Source: Nitrososphaerota archaeon
GTDB lineage: Archaea > Thermoproteota > Nitrososphaeria > Nitrososphaerales > UBA57
Assembly (NCBI GenBank): GCA_013378385.1
Contig: JACAFS010000006.1
Coordinates: 1 to 26,431, forward strand
Reading direction: 5' to 3'
Length of the DNA stretch: 26,431 nucleotides
Part shown: positions 1 to 8,707 of the stretch, piece by piece
How positions within the stretch are numbered: the stretch's first letter is position 1
How the letters are laid out: each line of letters starts with the position of its first letter
Position numbers and translations under genes: made by a program
The notes under the pieces: model-generated
What the model saw: only the letters and a program-made list of their open reading frames with translations
What the model was told of the DNA's origin: nothing
The model's database searches: none

Positions 1-2
1 AA

Positions 3-218
3 AAAGTTGCTGAAATGGGCGCAATTGAGAAGGTAATGATATCAAGTAAAGTTTTTGAGTTAAGTGATGAAGATCAAGTAATATCATTACTCGATGGGAT
101 TGAAAAATTTGATGGTCAAATATATCTATTAGATAGTTCGACAGAAGCAGGTAAACAAATAGATTCGGTCGGAGGAATTATTGCTTCATTAAGATATCCA
201 GTTTACAATGTAGATTGA
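3..218 (+). CDS. 3' end of an unidentified protein (frame open to the left window edge)
   Basis: No stop from nt 3 to the TGA at 216-218; the first ATG is at 15. I cannot name a motif. Overlaps the convergent cutA 3' end by 16 nt. Confidence 0.4.
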   Translation, partial: KVAEMGAIEKVMISSKVFELSDEDQVISLLDGIEKFDGQIYLLDSSTEAGKQIDSVGGIIASLRYPVYNVD

Positions 219-514
219 ATCATCCAATTAAGATACGAGTCATTAACATTATCTAATTCAAAGTCAATAATTTCAGGGATATCATATCCATGTCGATCAG
301 AAATAAAATCACGTAATTTAGAAATATTAGAACTAGTTGTCTTAAAGATTACAAGAAATTCATTAGAAGATTCAATAGAATTTTTCCAAGAATAAATAGA
401 ATTAACAGGCACAATGTTTGCACAAGCAGCAAATTTTTCATTTATTGCATCATGGGATATTTCTTTTGCCTCTTCGAGGGTGGAGAAAGTTGAGATGAGA
501 ATAATACATTTCAT
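203..514 (-). CDS. cutA: CutA1 divalent-cation tolerance protein
   Basis: 103 aa. CutA-like pattern AACANIVPVNSIYSWKNSIESSNEFLVIFKT...RHGYDIPEI (compare consensus CAN..P..S.Y.W.G.I....E..L.IKT....HPY..PE). Confidence 0.8.
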   Translation of the reverse strand: MKCIILISTFSTLEEAKEISHDAINEKFAACANIVPVNSIYSWKNSIESSNEFLVIFKTTSSNISKLRDFISDRHGYDIPEIIDFELDNVNDSYLNWMIQSTL

Positions 515-558
515 AAGTTACCTGTGGTTAAACTATTGGATAAACTTAATTCCGTAGA

Positions 559-1176
559 CTATTGAATTAATTCGAATATACCTTCACGAATAAGTTTTAT
601 TGCAACAGCTCCAATCAATAATCCCATAATTCGTGAAATTGCTTGAGATCCATCTTTACCTAAAAATTTCAACAGGCCTGAACCAAGTCTTATACTGCAC
701 CAACATACAAAAATTGAGATTATTATTACAAAGAATTTTAGAAATAAGCCAGACATAACGAGAACGAAGCTTATGCTACCAGGGCCTGCAAGAATTGGAA
801 TAGCAAGAGGGAATACTGCAAGATTAGTGTCAGAATTTTTGTCTAGATAATTAGTATTACGACCGAGTACATAATCAATAGAGAAAATAAGTAAGACCAA
901 ACCTCCAATTAGTTTAAGATCATTCATAGTTATTCCAAGCAATATGAGTAGATATTCACCAAAGAATCCAAAACCAAGTAATATGAATGTAGCAATAATA
1001 ACAGATTTATTAACAGTAGAAATACGTTCTTTCTTAGACAATTTACTAGTTAGAGATGAGAAGACAGGAATATTTCCAATAGGATCCAGTATAGCAAGAA
1101 GTGTAATTAGTGATTGTAAGAAAATTATTAGATTAATATCCGCTATAGATGTCATATACACATACATAGATGCCAA
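559..1176 (-). CDS. MarC-family (UPF0056) integral membrane protein
   Basis: 205 aa, multi-TM, with N-terminal signature ILDPIGNIPVF typical of the MarC family. The true start may be the internal ATG at 1155. Confidence 0.8.
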   Translation of the reverse strand: MASMYVYMTSIADINLIIFLQSLITLLAILDPIGNIPVFSSLTSKLSKKERISTVNKSVIIATFILLGFGFFGEYLLILLGITMNDLKLIGGLVLLIFSIDYVLGRNTNYLDKNSDTNLAVFPLAIPILAGPGSISFVLVMSGLFLKFFVIIISIFVCWCSIRLGSGLLKFLGKDGSQAISRIMGLLIGAVAIKLIREGIFELIQ

Positions 1177-1215
1177 TGAATAAATCTATTTAGAAGAGAC
1201 AGTTAATAGAGAATT

Positions 1216-2151
1216 ATGGATAATGTTTGTACGAAATGTTCTGGAAATCCCGTATATTTTAGAAAATACTCTGGAGAGAGATTATGTTCGGAATGTTTTT
1301 CCAGTTCAATTATTGAAAAGGCAAGAAGGACGATAAAAAAACACAAGATGTTGAAGTACGGAGAAAAGATAGCAGTAGGAGTATCAGGTGGAAAAGATAG
1401 TCTTGCATTATTAGACATTTTAATGAAAATGCAAAGAGAAAATGAATATGAATTAGTTGCAATAACAATTGACGAAGGAATTAAAAATTACAGAGAAGAG
1501 GCAGTTGAACTTGCAATAAAAGCGTGTGAGAAGTACAATGTAGAACATGTCAATATGTCATTTAGAGAATTATTTGGATTCACGTTAGATAATGTTTTAG
1601 AAAATAGAAACGATGTTAAAAATACATCTTGTTCTATTTGTGGTCCATTAAGAAGGAGAGGAATTGAATTGGCTGCAAAGAAAATTGGGGTAAATACTAT
1701 AGCGACAGGCCATAATCTTGATGATATGTTACAAACTTTTATGATAAATCTCCTAAGTGGCGATGTTTATAGAATTAAACAATCAAAACCATATTCAACG
1801 CCAAAAGAGGGTTTTGAATTTAAGAAGATTAAGCCATTTATGGAAATTTATGAAAATGAAATTGCATTTTATAGTTTCCAGAACAATTTACCATTTCAAT
1901 CAACAGATTGTCCACACATGAATGAGAATATTAGAAATGAATTAAGAGATGTAGTAAATAACCTTGAAAAGAATCATCCGGGAATCAAATTTAGTTTAAT
2001 GAAATCGATGGAAGATATAACAGAGAATATTGAACTAAAACCAAAGAAATTAGTTACATGTTTGGTCTGTGGAAATAATTCGTCGAGCAATCCTTGTAGC
2101 GTATGTAAAACAATTAGTTTATCAGAAAAACTAACAAAATCCAATTCATAA
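1216..2151 (+). CDS. PP-loop tRNA 2-thiouridine synthetase, NcsA/TtuA (Ncs6/Ctu1) family
   Basis: N-terminal CxxC...CxxC zinc ribbon (CTKC..CSEC), PP-loop SGGKDS, CSICGPLRRR Fe-S/catalytic motif, C-terminal CLVCG..CSVC zinc ribbon. Confidence 0.85.
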   Translation: MDNVCTKCSGNPVYFRKYSGERLCSECFSSSIIEKARRTIKKHKMLKYGEKIAVGVSGGKDSLALLDILMKMQRENEYELVAITIDEGIKNYREEAVELAIKACEKYNVEHVNMSFRELFGFTLDNVLENRNDVKNTSCSICGPLRRRGIELAAKKIGVNTIATGHNLDDMLQTFMINLLSGDVYRIKQSKPYSTPKEGFEFKKIKPFMEIYENEIAFYSFQNNLPFQSTDCPHMNENIRNELRDVVNNLEKNHPGIKFSLMKSMEDITENIELKPKKLVTCLVCGNNSSSNPCSVCKTISLSEKLTKSNS

Positions 2152-2169
2152 TCAATAATATTACTACTA

Positions 2170-2186
2170 AGTAACAGTTTGTTACT
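2170..2186. promoter_or_regulatory. Perfect 7-3-7 palindrome AGTAACA-gtt-TGTTACT just upstream of the TATA-like box of the ArsR-type gene
   Basis: Read directly: 2170-2176 AGTAACA, 2180-2186 TGTTACT. TTTTATAT at 2204-2211 lies about 26 nt before the ATG at 2234. Confidence 0.35.
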
Positions 2187-2233
2187 AACTTTCATAGGGA
2201 GAGTTTTATATCAGAAATCCCTAATTAACCTAA

Positions 2234-2917
2234 ATGAGTCATGATAATCCAGAAATAGGGGAATTATTAGATCTTTTAGGCAATAATACTAGGCGGAGAA
2301 TATTAGAGTCACTGACGAATGAACCCAAGTATTTTATACAATTATCAAAAGAGATAGGGGTCAGTCAACAAGCAGTTCTAAAACATTTATTTTTACTAGA
2401 GAATTTTGGCCTTATTGAATCATTCAAAGCAAAGAGTAATTTAGCTGCTCCTGATAGGAAATATTTTCAATTGAATAGATCAGTTTATTTGAGTATTGGA
2501 ATAACAGGAAATTCCATGGAGATTAAAATGGAGAATATTAAAGGTCCAAATAAAATCAGATCGAAAAATAATATGGCGATTGAAAGCAAAGAGGGGTCTA
2601 TTAAAAAGGACAAAGAGATAACAGATATTTTGAAGAATACTAAACATAAACTAGAACTTCTTGCAAAGAGAATGCAGGAATTAGAAGATGAAAAAATACA
2701 TCTACTGAAAGAAAAACAGCAGATATTAGAGATTACTCATCAAGTGATAAGAGAATCTTTAGAAGAAGATTTAGCCAGAAGAATATTATATTCAAACTTA
2801 ATTTCAAGAGAAATAACAGATATAGAAGAATTGTCTGAGATATTAAACACTCGGGAAAAAGAGATTAAGATTATTGTAAAGAGTTTAGAAGATAGATTTT
2901 CAGTAGATTTGATTTGA
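2234..2917 (+). CDS. ArsR/SmtB-type winged-HTH regulator with long C-terminal coiled coil
   Basis: N-terminal LLGNNTRRRILESL..PKYFIQLSKEIGVSQQAVLKHLFLLENFGLIES is an ArsR-like wHTH. Residues ~125-225 are a K/E/L-rich heptad-like sequence. Confidence 0.7.
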   Translation: MSHDNPEIGELLDLLGNNTRRRILESLTNEPKYFIQLSKEIGVSQQAVLKHLFLLENFGLIESFKAKSNLAAPDRKYFQLNRSVYLSIGITGNSMEIKMENIKGPNKIRSKNNMAIESKEGSIKKDKEITDILKNTKHKLELLAKRMQELEDEKIHLLKEKQQILEITHQVIRESLEEDLARRILYSNLISREITDIEELSEILNTREKEIKIIVKSLEDRFSVDLI

Positions 2918-2918
2918 T

Positions 2919-3416
2919 TTACTGATCAATTGGAGATACTGCAATAGAAGTATATCCAGGAAGTTTTGAAGAAGCGGTTTTCAATGCACGTTTAGCTTCT
3001 GGAATATGTTTTTCATACGTTCGAATTTCGTAAATAATTGATCCTATATTAACACGTGCAGCGTGACCCATAGGTTTGCCATATGCATGTCTCATGCCTT
3101 CTTGGAGCCTATCAGCACCTGCAGCGGCAATCATTTTATTCTCACTAATAATAGTGTGAGGGTAGAGTTTAACAGATAATTGATAACTAGTTTCAGGAAC
3201 AACTTTGTTCATTTTTTTATTAGCGCCAACTCGTGCTGCTTCAAGGGCATTATCGCGAATCTGACATTTTTCTTTGGCGACTAACTGAATTTTTACTTCA
3301 TAATCAGAATTACGAGCGCCTGTTTGAAAACGTGCAATCCTTACATTAGGAGTGCCAGGAGCGTATTTTTTACTCAAAGGCATGCCGTTTGGAACCCGAT
3401 AATTTGCACCGTGCAT
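2919..3416 (-). CDS. rpl10e: 50S ribosomal protein L10e (uL16)
   Basis: The conserved L10e body (PGTPNVRIARFQTG...ALEAARVGANKKM...RLQEGMRHAYGKPMGHAARV) starts at the internal ATG at 3416. The 43 upstream codons of the ORF-track call (to 3545) run into the divergent gene and look non-coding. Confidence 0.9.
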   Translation of the reverse strand: MHGANYRVPNGMPLSKKYAPGTPNVRIARFQTGARNSDYEVKIQLVAKEKCQIRDNALEAARVGANKKMNKVVPETSYQLSVKLYPHTIISENKMIAAAGADRLQEGMRHAYGKPMGHAARVNIGSIIYEIRTYEKHIPEAKRALKTASSKLPGYTSIAVSPIDQ

Positions 3417-3437
3417 TATATGATATTCAAGATTAAA

Positions 3438-3449
3438 GATATAATTAAG
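3438..3449. promoter_or_regulatory. Shared AT-rich TATA-like element between divergent rpl10e and methyltransferase genes
   Basis: GATATAATTAAG is centred ~27 nt from the rpl10e ATG (3416) and ~32 nt from the + strand ATG (3476). That spacing fits archaeal TATA-to-TSS distance with (near-)leaderless mRNAs. Confidence 0.4.
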
Positions 3450-3475
3450 TGTGTTTAAACAATTGGGAATGCAAG

Positions 3476-4642
3476 ATGGATAGATTTTTGGTAATACTAG
3501 TGAATGGACATCTATCACAAGCAGAATTAGAGATCGTATTATCAAAGGCTATGATTGAGTTTAAAATAATAGAGAAGAATGAGATATTTGTTATTTTAGA
3601 AGTTGAGAAAGCAAGCGAGTTATTGAAACTAGGTGGAATATACAAAGTGGGTGGAATAATTTGCATGAATAATTCATTAGAAAGAATATTCGATGAAATT
3701 GAACAGGATGGAACATTAACCAATTTGGAAGATAAACAGCAATGGAATGTTAGCTATTATTCAGATGAAATGATAGACATCGATGTATTTGACGAGATAC
3801 AAAGCAATTTTGCAGGTTTGATAAAAGAGAGTTCAAGGAAAACTAAATTTATCAGAAATAATATGAAATCAGATAATTTTATAGAATTATCCGTAGATAA
3901 AGAGAGAGAAGGCGCGGTAAATATACTAGTAGGAAACAGCAATGAAAAATACTATATTGCTGAAAACAAGATTAGTATAAAGTCGAAAGATTTCATTGAC
4001 AGAGATTTGAACAGACCATATCAAGATTCAAGAATTAGTTTGTCACCAAGAACAGCAAGAGTTTTAGTGAACATATTGGGATTAGAAGATGGAAATACTA
4101 TTCTTGATCCATTCTGTGGAACGGGTACTTTTTTGATGGAATCAATAATACAAGGTTACAAGGTAATTGGAGTTGACAATAGAAAAGAATGTGTTTTTGG
4201 TACAAAAAAGAATCTATTATGGATAATGAAAGAACAAAATCTAAGAAACAGAATGAAATATGTAAAACAAGATGATGCAGAGAAACTTTCTTGTGTAGAA
4301 ACATCGACAATCGATGGAATTGTTACAGAACCAATTTTATTACCTCATTTTAAGAATAGTCCAAATTATGAAATAGCTGAAGACGTACTGAAGAAATCGA
4401 AGAAAATTTATGAGAAGTCATTGAGGGCCATGTTTAGGGTTTTAAAGAATAATGGAAAAGTATCCATAGTAACTCCTAGAATTAAGACAAGAGATAACAA
4501 TTACATTACATTTAGTTTTCGAAAAATGGTCAAGGAATCAGGGTTTATTTTAGACAATAGGCTTGATGAACAGCCATTTGTGATGAAAGCATCAGGGGAT
4601 CAAAAGGTTTTAAGAGAGATATGGCTATTAAAAAAGAATTAA
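3476..4642 (+). CDS. Putative RNA (tRNA guanine-N2, Trm11/Trm-G10-like) SAM methyltransferase
   Basis: SAM motif I ILDPFCGTGTFLME follows a ~200-aa N-terminal RNA-binding-like region. Motif IV is atypical (VTEPIL instead of D/NPPY), so specificity is uncertain. Start placed at ATG 3476 (MDRFLV). Confidence 0.6.
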   Translation: MDRFLVILVNGHLSQAELEIVLSKAMIEFKIIEKNEIFVILEVEKASELLKLGGIYKVGGIICMNNSLERIFDEIEQDGTLTNLEDKQQWNVSYYSDEMIDIDVFDEIQSNFAGLIKESSRKTKFIRNNMKSDNFIELSVDKEREGAVNILVGNSNEKYYIAENKISIKSKDFIDRDLNRPYQDSRISLSPRTARVLVNILGLEDGNTILDPFCGTGTFLMESIIQGYKVIGVDNRKECVFGTKKNLLWIMKEQNLRNRMKYVKQDDAEKLSCVETSTIDGIVTEPILLPHFKNSPNYEIAEDVLKKSKKIYEKSLRAMFRVLKNNGKVSIVTPRIKTRDNNYITFSFRKMVKESGFILDNRLDEQPFVMKASGDQKVLREIWLLKKN

Positions 4643-5340
4643 AATTTCTTTTCAAGATGTAATTTAATTTTTTGAGCAAGCCCAAGTAAGATGCTATTTT
4701 CTCTAGGGGATGGTTTTGAACGTTTAAGAATATTAAAAAAGCTAGTTTGGACCAAAGTAATTTTATGAGAAGGTAGGCCGATGGTTTTTACTATATCAGA
4801 ATATGCTTCGACAGTTCGATTGATTTCAGTTTTGTTAGCAATATCACGATCTATAAGTTCATAATTTGTTAATTCGTATAATAGTATAGAGAGTGCATGA
4901 CTGATATTCAATGTAGGATATTCAGAGTTTGTAGGGATATGAATAATAAAATCAATCAATTGCATTTCTTTATTGGTGAGTCCGGTTGTATCGCGTCCCA
5001 ATATAACACAAATTTTTTTACCCATTTCTTTTACGGATGAACGAATATCTGAAACAGGAATACTTTGACGTGGGCTTAAACCTCTTTGACTAGTTATAGC
5101 GGTAGTAGCAATTAATGTATCAAAATCATTTAAATCGTCGAAGTCAATATGTTTAGCATTTTCTAGAAGATCTACAGCGTGAGATGCAAAAGGTCTTGCT
5201 TCTTCCATATTAACTTTTGAATTAACTATTAATAATTTGTTAAAACCAAAATTCTTCATAATTCTTGCAATATAACCAAGATTAATGGGATATTGTGGCT
5301 CAATAAGGCAAATAGAGATTTCATCATTATAATTAGACAT
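4639..5340 (-). CDS. SPOUT (SpoU/TrmJ-like) RNA 2'-O-methyltransferase
   Basis: CLIEPQYPINLGYIARIMKNFGF...VILGRDTTGLTNKEMQLIDFIIHIPTNSEYPTLNISHALSILLYEL matches the TrmJ/LasT pattern. It carries a ~70-aa C-terminal extension. Confidence 0.75.
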   Translation of the reverse strand: MSNYNDEISICLIEPQYPINLGYIARIMKNFGFNKLLIVNSKVNMEEARPFASHAVDLLENAKHIDFDDLNDFDTLIATTAITSQRGLSPRQSIPVSDIRSSVKEMGKKICVILGRDTTGLTNKEMQLIDFIIHIPTNSEYPTLNISHALSILLYELTNYELIDRDIANKTEINRTVEAYSDIVKTIGLPSHKITLVQTSFFNILKRSKPSPRENSILLGLAQKIKLHLEKKF

Positions 5341-5380
5341 AGTATAGAGATTTCACAATTCATAATTATTTATCAAATAA

Positions 5381-5923
5381 TTATTCGTTGTGCATAACTT
5401 CAATAATGTATAATTCTTCAAAAAATAGTTTCTTTTTTGCAACTATATCAACAGAAGCAGATTTGGAAAGAGAAGCGATATATTCGTGTATTGGAGTAAG
5501 ATTAGATTGAAGAAAGAGGATTTTACCAGATTTTTTAATCAAACTTAAAGAGAGTTTAATCCAATTATCAGTTATTTCTAGACCTGTATTGCCGCCATCA
5601 GTAGTTGTATCAGTATAAACGTCACGAGGAAGATACGGGGGATTAAAAACTATTAAATCAAAAGTTTGCGAGGCAAACATAGATGGGCCATCTCCTAATA
5701 CTAAATCAACGTTATCTTCTAGGTTGAGTTTTTCCAGAGATGAGCTGACAAAAGATAAAGATTCAGGATTAATATCAATACCAATAACAGTGTTATTTTG
5801 GTTGGAAAGTGTTCGTAAGATTATGCCAGAACCAATTCCAATTTCCAGGACGTTCTTATTCTTAAAGGTAAGAATAGATTCACGTAATAAATCACTGTCG
5901 TCTGATGGTTGATATATGCTCAT
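5381..5923 (-). CDS. HemK/Mtq2-family N5-glutamine (release-factor) methyltransferase
   Basis: IYQPSDDSDLL N-terminus, SAM motif LEIGIGSGI, catalytic FNPPYLP. 4-nt overlap with ksgA. Confidence 0.75.
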   Translation of the reverse strand: MSIYQPSDDSDLLRESILTFKNKNVLEIGIGSGIILRTLSNQNNTVIGIDINPESLSFVSSSLEKLNLEDNVDLVLGDGPSMFASQTFDLIVFNPPYLPRDVYTDTTTDGGNTGLEITDNWIKLSLSLIKKSGKILFLQSNLTPIHEYIASLSKSASVDIVAKKKLFFEELYIIEVMHNE

Positions 5924-6669
5924 GGTTTAGAATCATCAATTATGATCTGTGCCAGAGACACAATAATATTTGGTGTGAATTCATGAATCCGTTTAGATAA
6001 ATCGATATTATTATTGCAATAATTTATAACATCTTCATTATTAGTTAATCTATTTAAGACTGAACCGAGTTGTTTACGTCTAAATGAGAACAATTTTTTA
6101 ATCATTAAAATCTCAGATTTAGTAAGAGTGTTTTTTGGTTGTATTAGAGCAAGAGTTGAATACACTTTAGGTGGAGGATGGAAATTTGAGGGAGGAATTA
6201 TTTCAATAGAAGTAATATTAAAACAATACTGTGAAACAACGCTAATGGATCGGTAACTACTAAGATTTATGATAGATAGTAATTTATCGATAAATTCTTT
6301 TTGTAATATAACTACAGCACGTTTGAATTGTTGATTAATTAACCAATAAATAAAACGTTCAGATTCAGAATATGGCAAACTGGAAACAAATATATCGAAT
6401 TTTCCTGTATATTTCAGTCCGTCGATATTCAACAATGTAAGATTATCATATTGTGAGAGTTTATTTGTACATAAATTATACAAATCCGAATCAATTTCAG
6501 AAGAAACTACCGACTTTGCTTTTTCACAAAGATTCTTTGTAAGAATTCCATGACCGGTTCCAATTTCATAAACAGAATCATTAGAAGTGATTAAGGAGGA
6601 ATCAATAAATTTTTTAACAACATTGTCATTAATTAGAAAGTTTTGGCCATATCGATTAGTTAATTTCAT
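5920..6669 (-). CDS. ksgA: 16S rRNA (adenine1518/1519-N6)-dimethyltransferase KsgA/Dim1
   Basis: YGQNFL N-terminal motif, EIGTGHGILT SAM motif, SSLPYSES (N/S-LPY) motif. Confidence 0.9.
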   Translation of the reverse strand: MKLTNRYGQNFLINDNVVKKFIDSSLITSNDSVYEIGTGHGILTKNLCEKAKSVVSSEIDSDLYNLCTNKLSQYDNLTLLNIDGLKYTGKFDIFVSSLPYSESERFIYWLINQQFKRAVVILQKEFIDKLLSIINLSSYRSISVVSQYCFNITSIEIIPPSNFHPPPKVYSTLALIQPKNTLTKSEILMIKKLFSFRRKQLGSVLNRLTNNEDVINYCNNNIDLSKRIHEFTPNIIVSLAQIIIDDSKP

Positions 6670-6683
6670 ATACAGGCATCAAA

Positions 6684-7244
6684 CTAATTACGAACAAACA
6701 GATTCAGTTTTGCATCGCCGGATATTTCTTCTATCAATCGTTTTGCAATCAATTGTGCAGGTTCTTTAAGATTTATACGATCGCTAATATCAGAAAAAGA
6801 AGCAAATGGTCTATTTTCACGTTCTTTCAAAATTTGGCTAAGGAAAGTCTTACCAATACCAGGTATCATTTCCAAAGAATGAAGTCTTGGAGTCACAGCA
6901 TGAGCATTATTAAAATAATTGACATAATGGCTTTCATTATCGGCTACAATTAATTCTAGTATATCTGGGATAGAAGTGAGTGATTCAGTAGTCAAGTTAT
7001 CATAGGATAATTTACCAAGAACGCTGAGTATTTTTGATCGTCCGTCTTTTCCAATGCTAAGTTTTTCAGAGATTGAAAATTTTTCGTCGTCATTGCCAAG
7101 TAATTCAAGTAAGGTGAGTCGATCTAGACCAATAGCTTGAATGATTGTGCCGTCTCTTCCTTTGATAAGTGAAGAACGACTATTTGGTCTGTAATCCAAG
7201 ACATAAGCGAATTCTTCATATTTTTTATTGTGTATTTGTGGCAT
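6684..7244 (-). CDS. DUF655 family archaeal protein (OB + helix-hairpin-helix)
   Basis: EEFAYVLDYRP...IIQAIG N-terminus and C-terminal HhH-like LEMIPGIGKTFLSQIL. Sits in the conserved archaeal position upstream of ksgA. Confidence 0.75.
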   Translation of the reverse strand: MPQIHNKKYEEFAYVLDYRPNSRSSLIKGRDGTIIQAIGLDRLTLLELLGNDDEKFSISEKLSIGKDGRSKILSVLGKLSYDNLTTESLTSIPDILELIVADNESHYVNYFNNAHAVTPRLHSLEMIPGIGKTFLSQILKERENRPFASFSDISDRINLKEPAQLIAKRLIEEISGDAKLNLFVRN

Positions 7245-7303
7245 AAAGTTAACCTCGTAAAAGTTTTGATTTAATTAATTATAGGATGATAGAGCAGTGT
7301 AAT

Positions 7304-7309
7304 AAAAAA
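7304..7309 (-). terminator. T6 tract (minus strand) after rpoF, candidate archaeal poly-T terminator
   Basis: A6 on the + strand at 7304-7309, i.e. TTTTTT on the coding strand ~85 nt after the rpoF stop. It is followed by TATAATTAATTAA (rc of ~7273-7285), roughly 30-40 nt upstream of the DUF655 ATG. Confidence 0.35.
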
Positions 7310-7393
7310 TTAGTAATTGAAAATCGATTCATTCCTATCATTACAATATATACTTACTTTGGCTTTAAACGTTGTTGATAAATAGCCAGAGAT

Positions 7394-7720
7394 TTATGCA
7401 TAAGCATTTTGCGTGATAGAAAGTATCTTATCAAGTTCTTCAGTAGGAATGAGTTTCTTCCATGCACTAGTAAAAACACGTAATTCAGGAATAGTTTTTG
7501 GATTTACATTGAGAATTTCATATGCTTGTTCAAGAGTGACATAATCTGAAGAAGCGAGTTCTTTAGCAGCTTTGTCCATCGTCTTATAATCACATTCTGG
7601 GAAATTTTTTACATAGTCAAAAGTTCTTTTCTGAATTTGATCGGCATCCTCTAAATCAAGTTTAGAGAGAATGTCTTTTACTTGAGCAATACTAATTATT
7701 GTGGTATTTAGTTTTTTCAT
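7394..7720 (-). CDS. rpoF: DNA-directed RNA polymerase subunit Rpo4 (F)
   Basis: 108 aa. Has the Rpo4/RpoF-like helical HRDC-type sequence and the conserved position directly after rpl21e (5-nt gap). Confidence 0.8.
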   Translation of the reverse strand: MKKLNTTIISIAQVKDILSKLDLEDADQIQKRTFDYVKNFPECDYKTMDKAAKELASSDYVTLEQAYEILNVNPKTIPELRVFTSAWKKLIPTEELDKILSITQNAYA

Positions 7721-7725
7721 AATAT

Positions 7726-8007
7726 TTATGCGCCTTTTTGTAATTTAATATGTTCAAAACGGGTAATAAGTTTTTTAGTTTTGTTACCTACTTGGACGTC
7801 AAGCTCTATAGAGCGTCTATTGATAGTTTTAACTACGCCAACATATCCTTGAAATCTACGATGTGGCATTCCCTTAACTTGTGCTGGATTAATGTTAATA
7901 ATTACTCTATCTTCAGGTTGATAATTAATCATAAGAAAGCTTAATCCTGAAGGTCTCTTATGACTTAATACTGAACGTGATTTTCTTCTAAAACCTGCAT
8001 GTCTCAA
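7726..8007 (-). CDS. rpl21e: 50S ribosomal protein L21e
   Basis: RHAGFRRKSRS...GMPHRRFQGYVGVV matches L21e (compare KSHGYRSRTR...GMPHKFYQGKTGVV). The only start available is TTG at 8007; there is no in-frame ATG after the upstream stop at 8035-8037. Confidence 0.9.
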   Translation of the reverse strand: MRHAGFRRKSRSVLSHKRPSGLSFLMINYQPEDRVIININPAQVKGMPHRRFQGYVGVVKTINRRSIELDVQVGNKTKKLITRFEHIKLQKGA

Positions 8008-8027
8008 ATTATTCTCACATACCCTGA

Positions 8028-8696
8028 TTAATCTTCATTAATAATTTTTGCTGTAGCAGCCGCAATTAAACCACCAACGATAGGTGCAATCCAATAGAGA
8101 TGATGGCTTTGTAAAGCTCCTTCAGCTCCCAAGAAATATGAGATTATAGCAGGACCAAATGAACGTGCAGGGTTCATTGATGCGCCAGTAATAGGACCGC
8201 CTGCAAGAATATCAATTACAATAATCATTCCGATAGCAAAACCATGCCAACCTGCAGTAGCTTTTTTGTTTACAGCAGTATTAAAAATTACAAGAACTAA
8301 GAAGAAAGTCAAGATAATTTCTACAATTAAAACTGTAGTGTCAGATACTCCTAGTCCTGGTCGATTTGAACCTAAAAAGTTCTCAGTTAGACTTTTAGGG
8401 AGAATTAAATAATGAGCAATAGCTGCGACGACACCAGCGGTAAGTTGACTAACAATATATGCAATACCATTCTGTGTATCGATTTGTTTTCTATAAATCA
8501 TAGGTATGGTTACAGCAGGATTAAAATGGGCGCCAGAAACATGGCCAAATGAATATACCATAACAGCAATAATCAAACCATGAGCGAAAGCAACTTGAAG
8601 AAGTGACGTAGCGTGCGCTATTGCAAGGCTTCCAAAGAAGACTAAAGCATAAGTACCAATGAATTCAGCAAGACATGCACGAGAATTAATAGCCAT
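8028..8696 (-). CDS. MIP-family channel (AqpM-like aquaporin)
   Basis: Two NPA boxes (HFNPAVT and SMNPARS) and six predicted TM segments; 222 aa. Confidence 0.9.
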   Translation of the reverse strand: MAINSRACLAEFIGTYALVFFGSLAIAHATSLLQVAFAHGLIIAVMVYSFGHVSGAHFNPAVTIPMIYRKQIDTQNGIAYIVSQLTAGVVAAIAHYLILPKSLTENFLGSNRPGLGVSDTTVLIVEIILTFFLVLVIFNTAVNKKATAGWHGFAIGMIIVIDILAGGPITGASMNPARSFGPAIISYFLGAEGALQSHHLYWIAPIVGGLIAAATAKIINED

Positions 8697-8707
8697 GAAT
8701 AATCAGA

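Noticed and set aside
3417-3545. 43-codon N-terminal extension of the rpl10e ORF in the six-frame track
   Set aside because: The extension is hydrophobic, has no L10e similarity, and runs across the promoter and 5' end of the divergent methyltransferase gene. The conserved L10e sequence begins at ATG 3416.
7245-7393. The largest non-coding gap (149 nt): possible C/D-box sRNA (GGATGA at 7283-7288), weak hairpin at 7361-7387, and a 31-codon + strand ORF (ATG 7285 to TGA 7378-7380)
   Set aside because: The C-box candidate deviates from RUGAUGA, and I found no CUGA D box at a suitable distance on either strand. The hairpin needs bulges and mismatches. A 31-codon open frame is not unusual by chance. 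The region is adequately explained as the rpoF 3' UTR and T-tract plus the DUF655 promoter.
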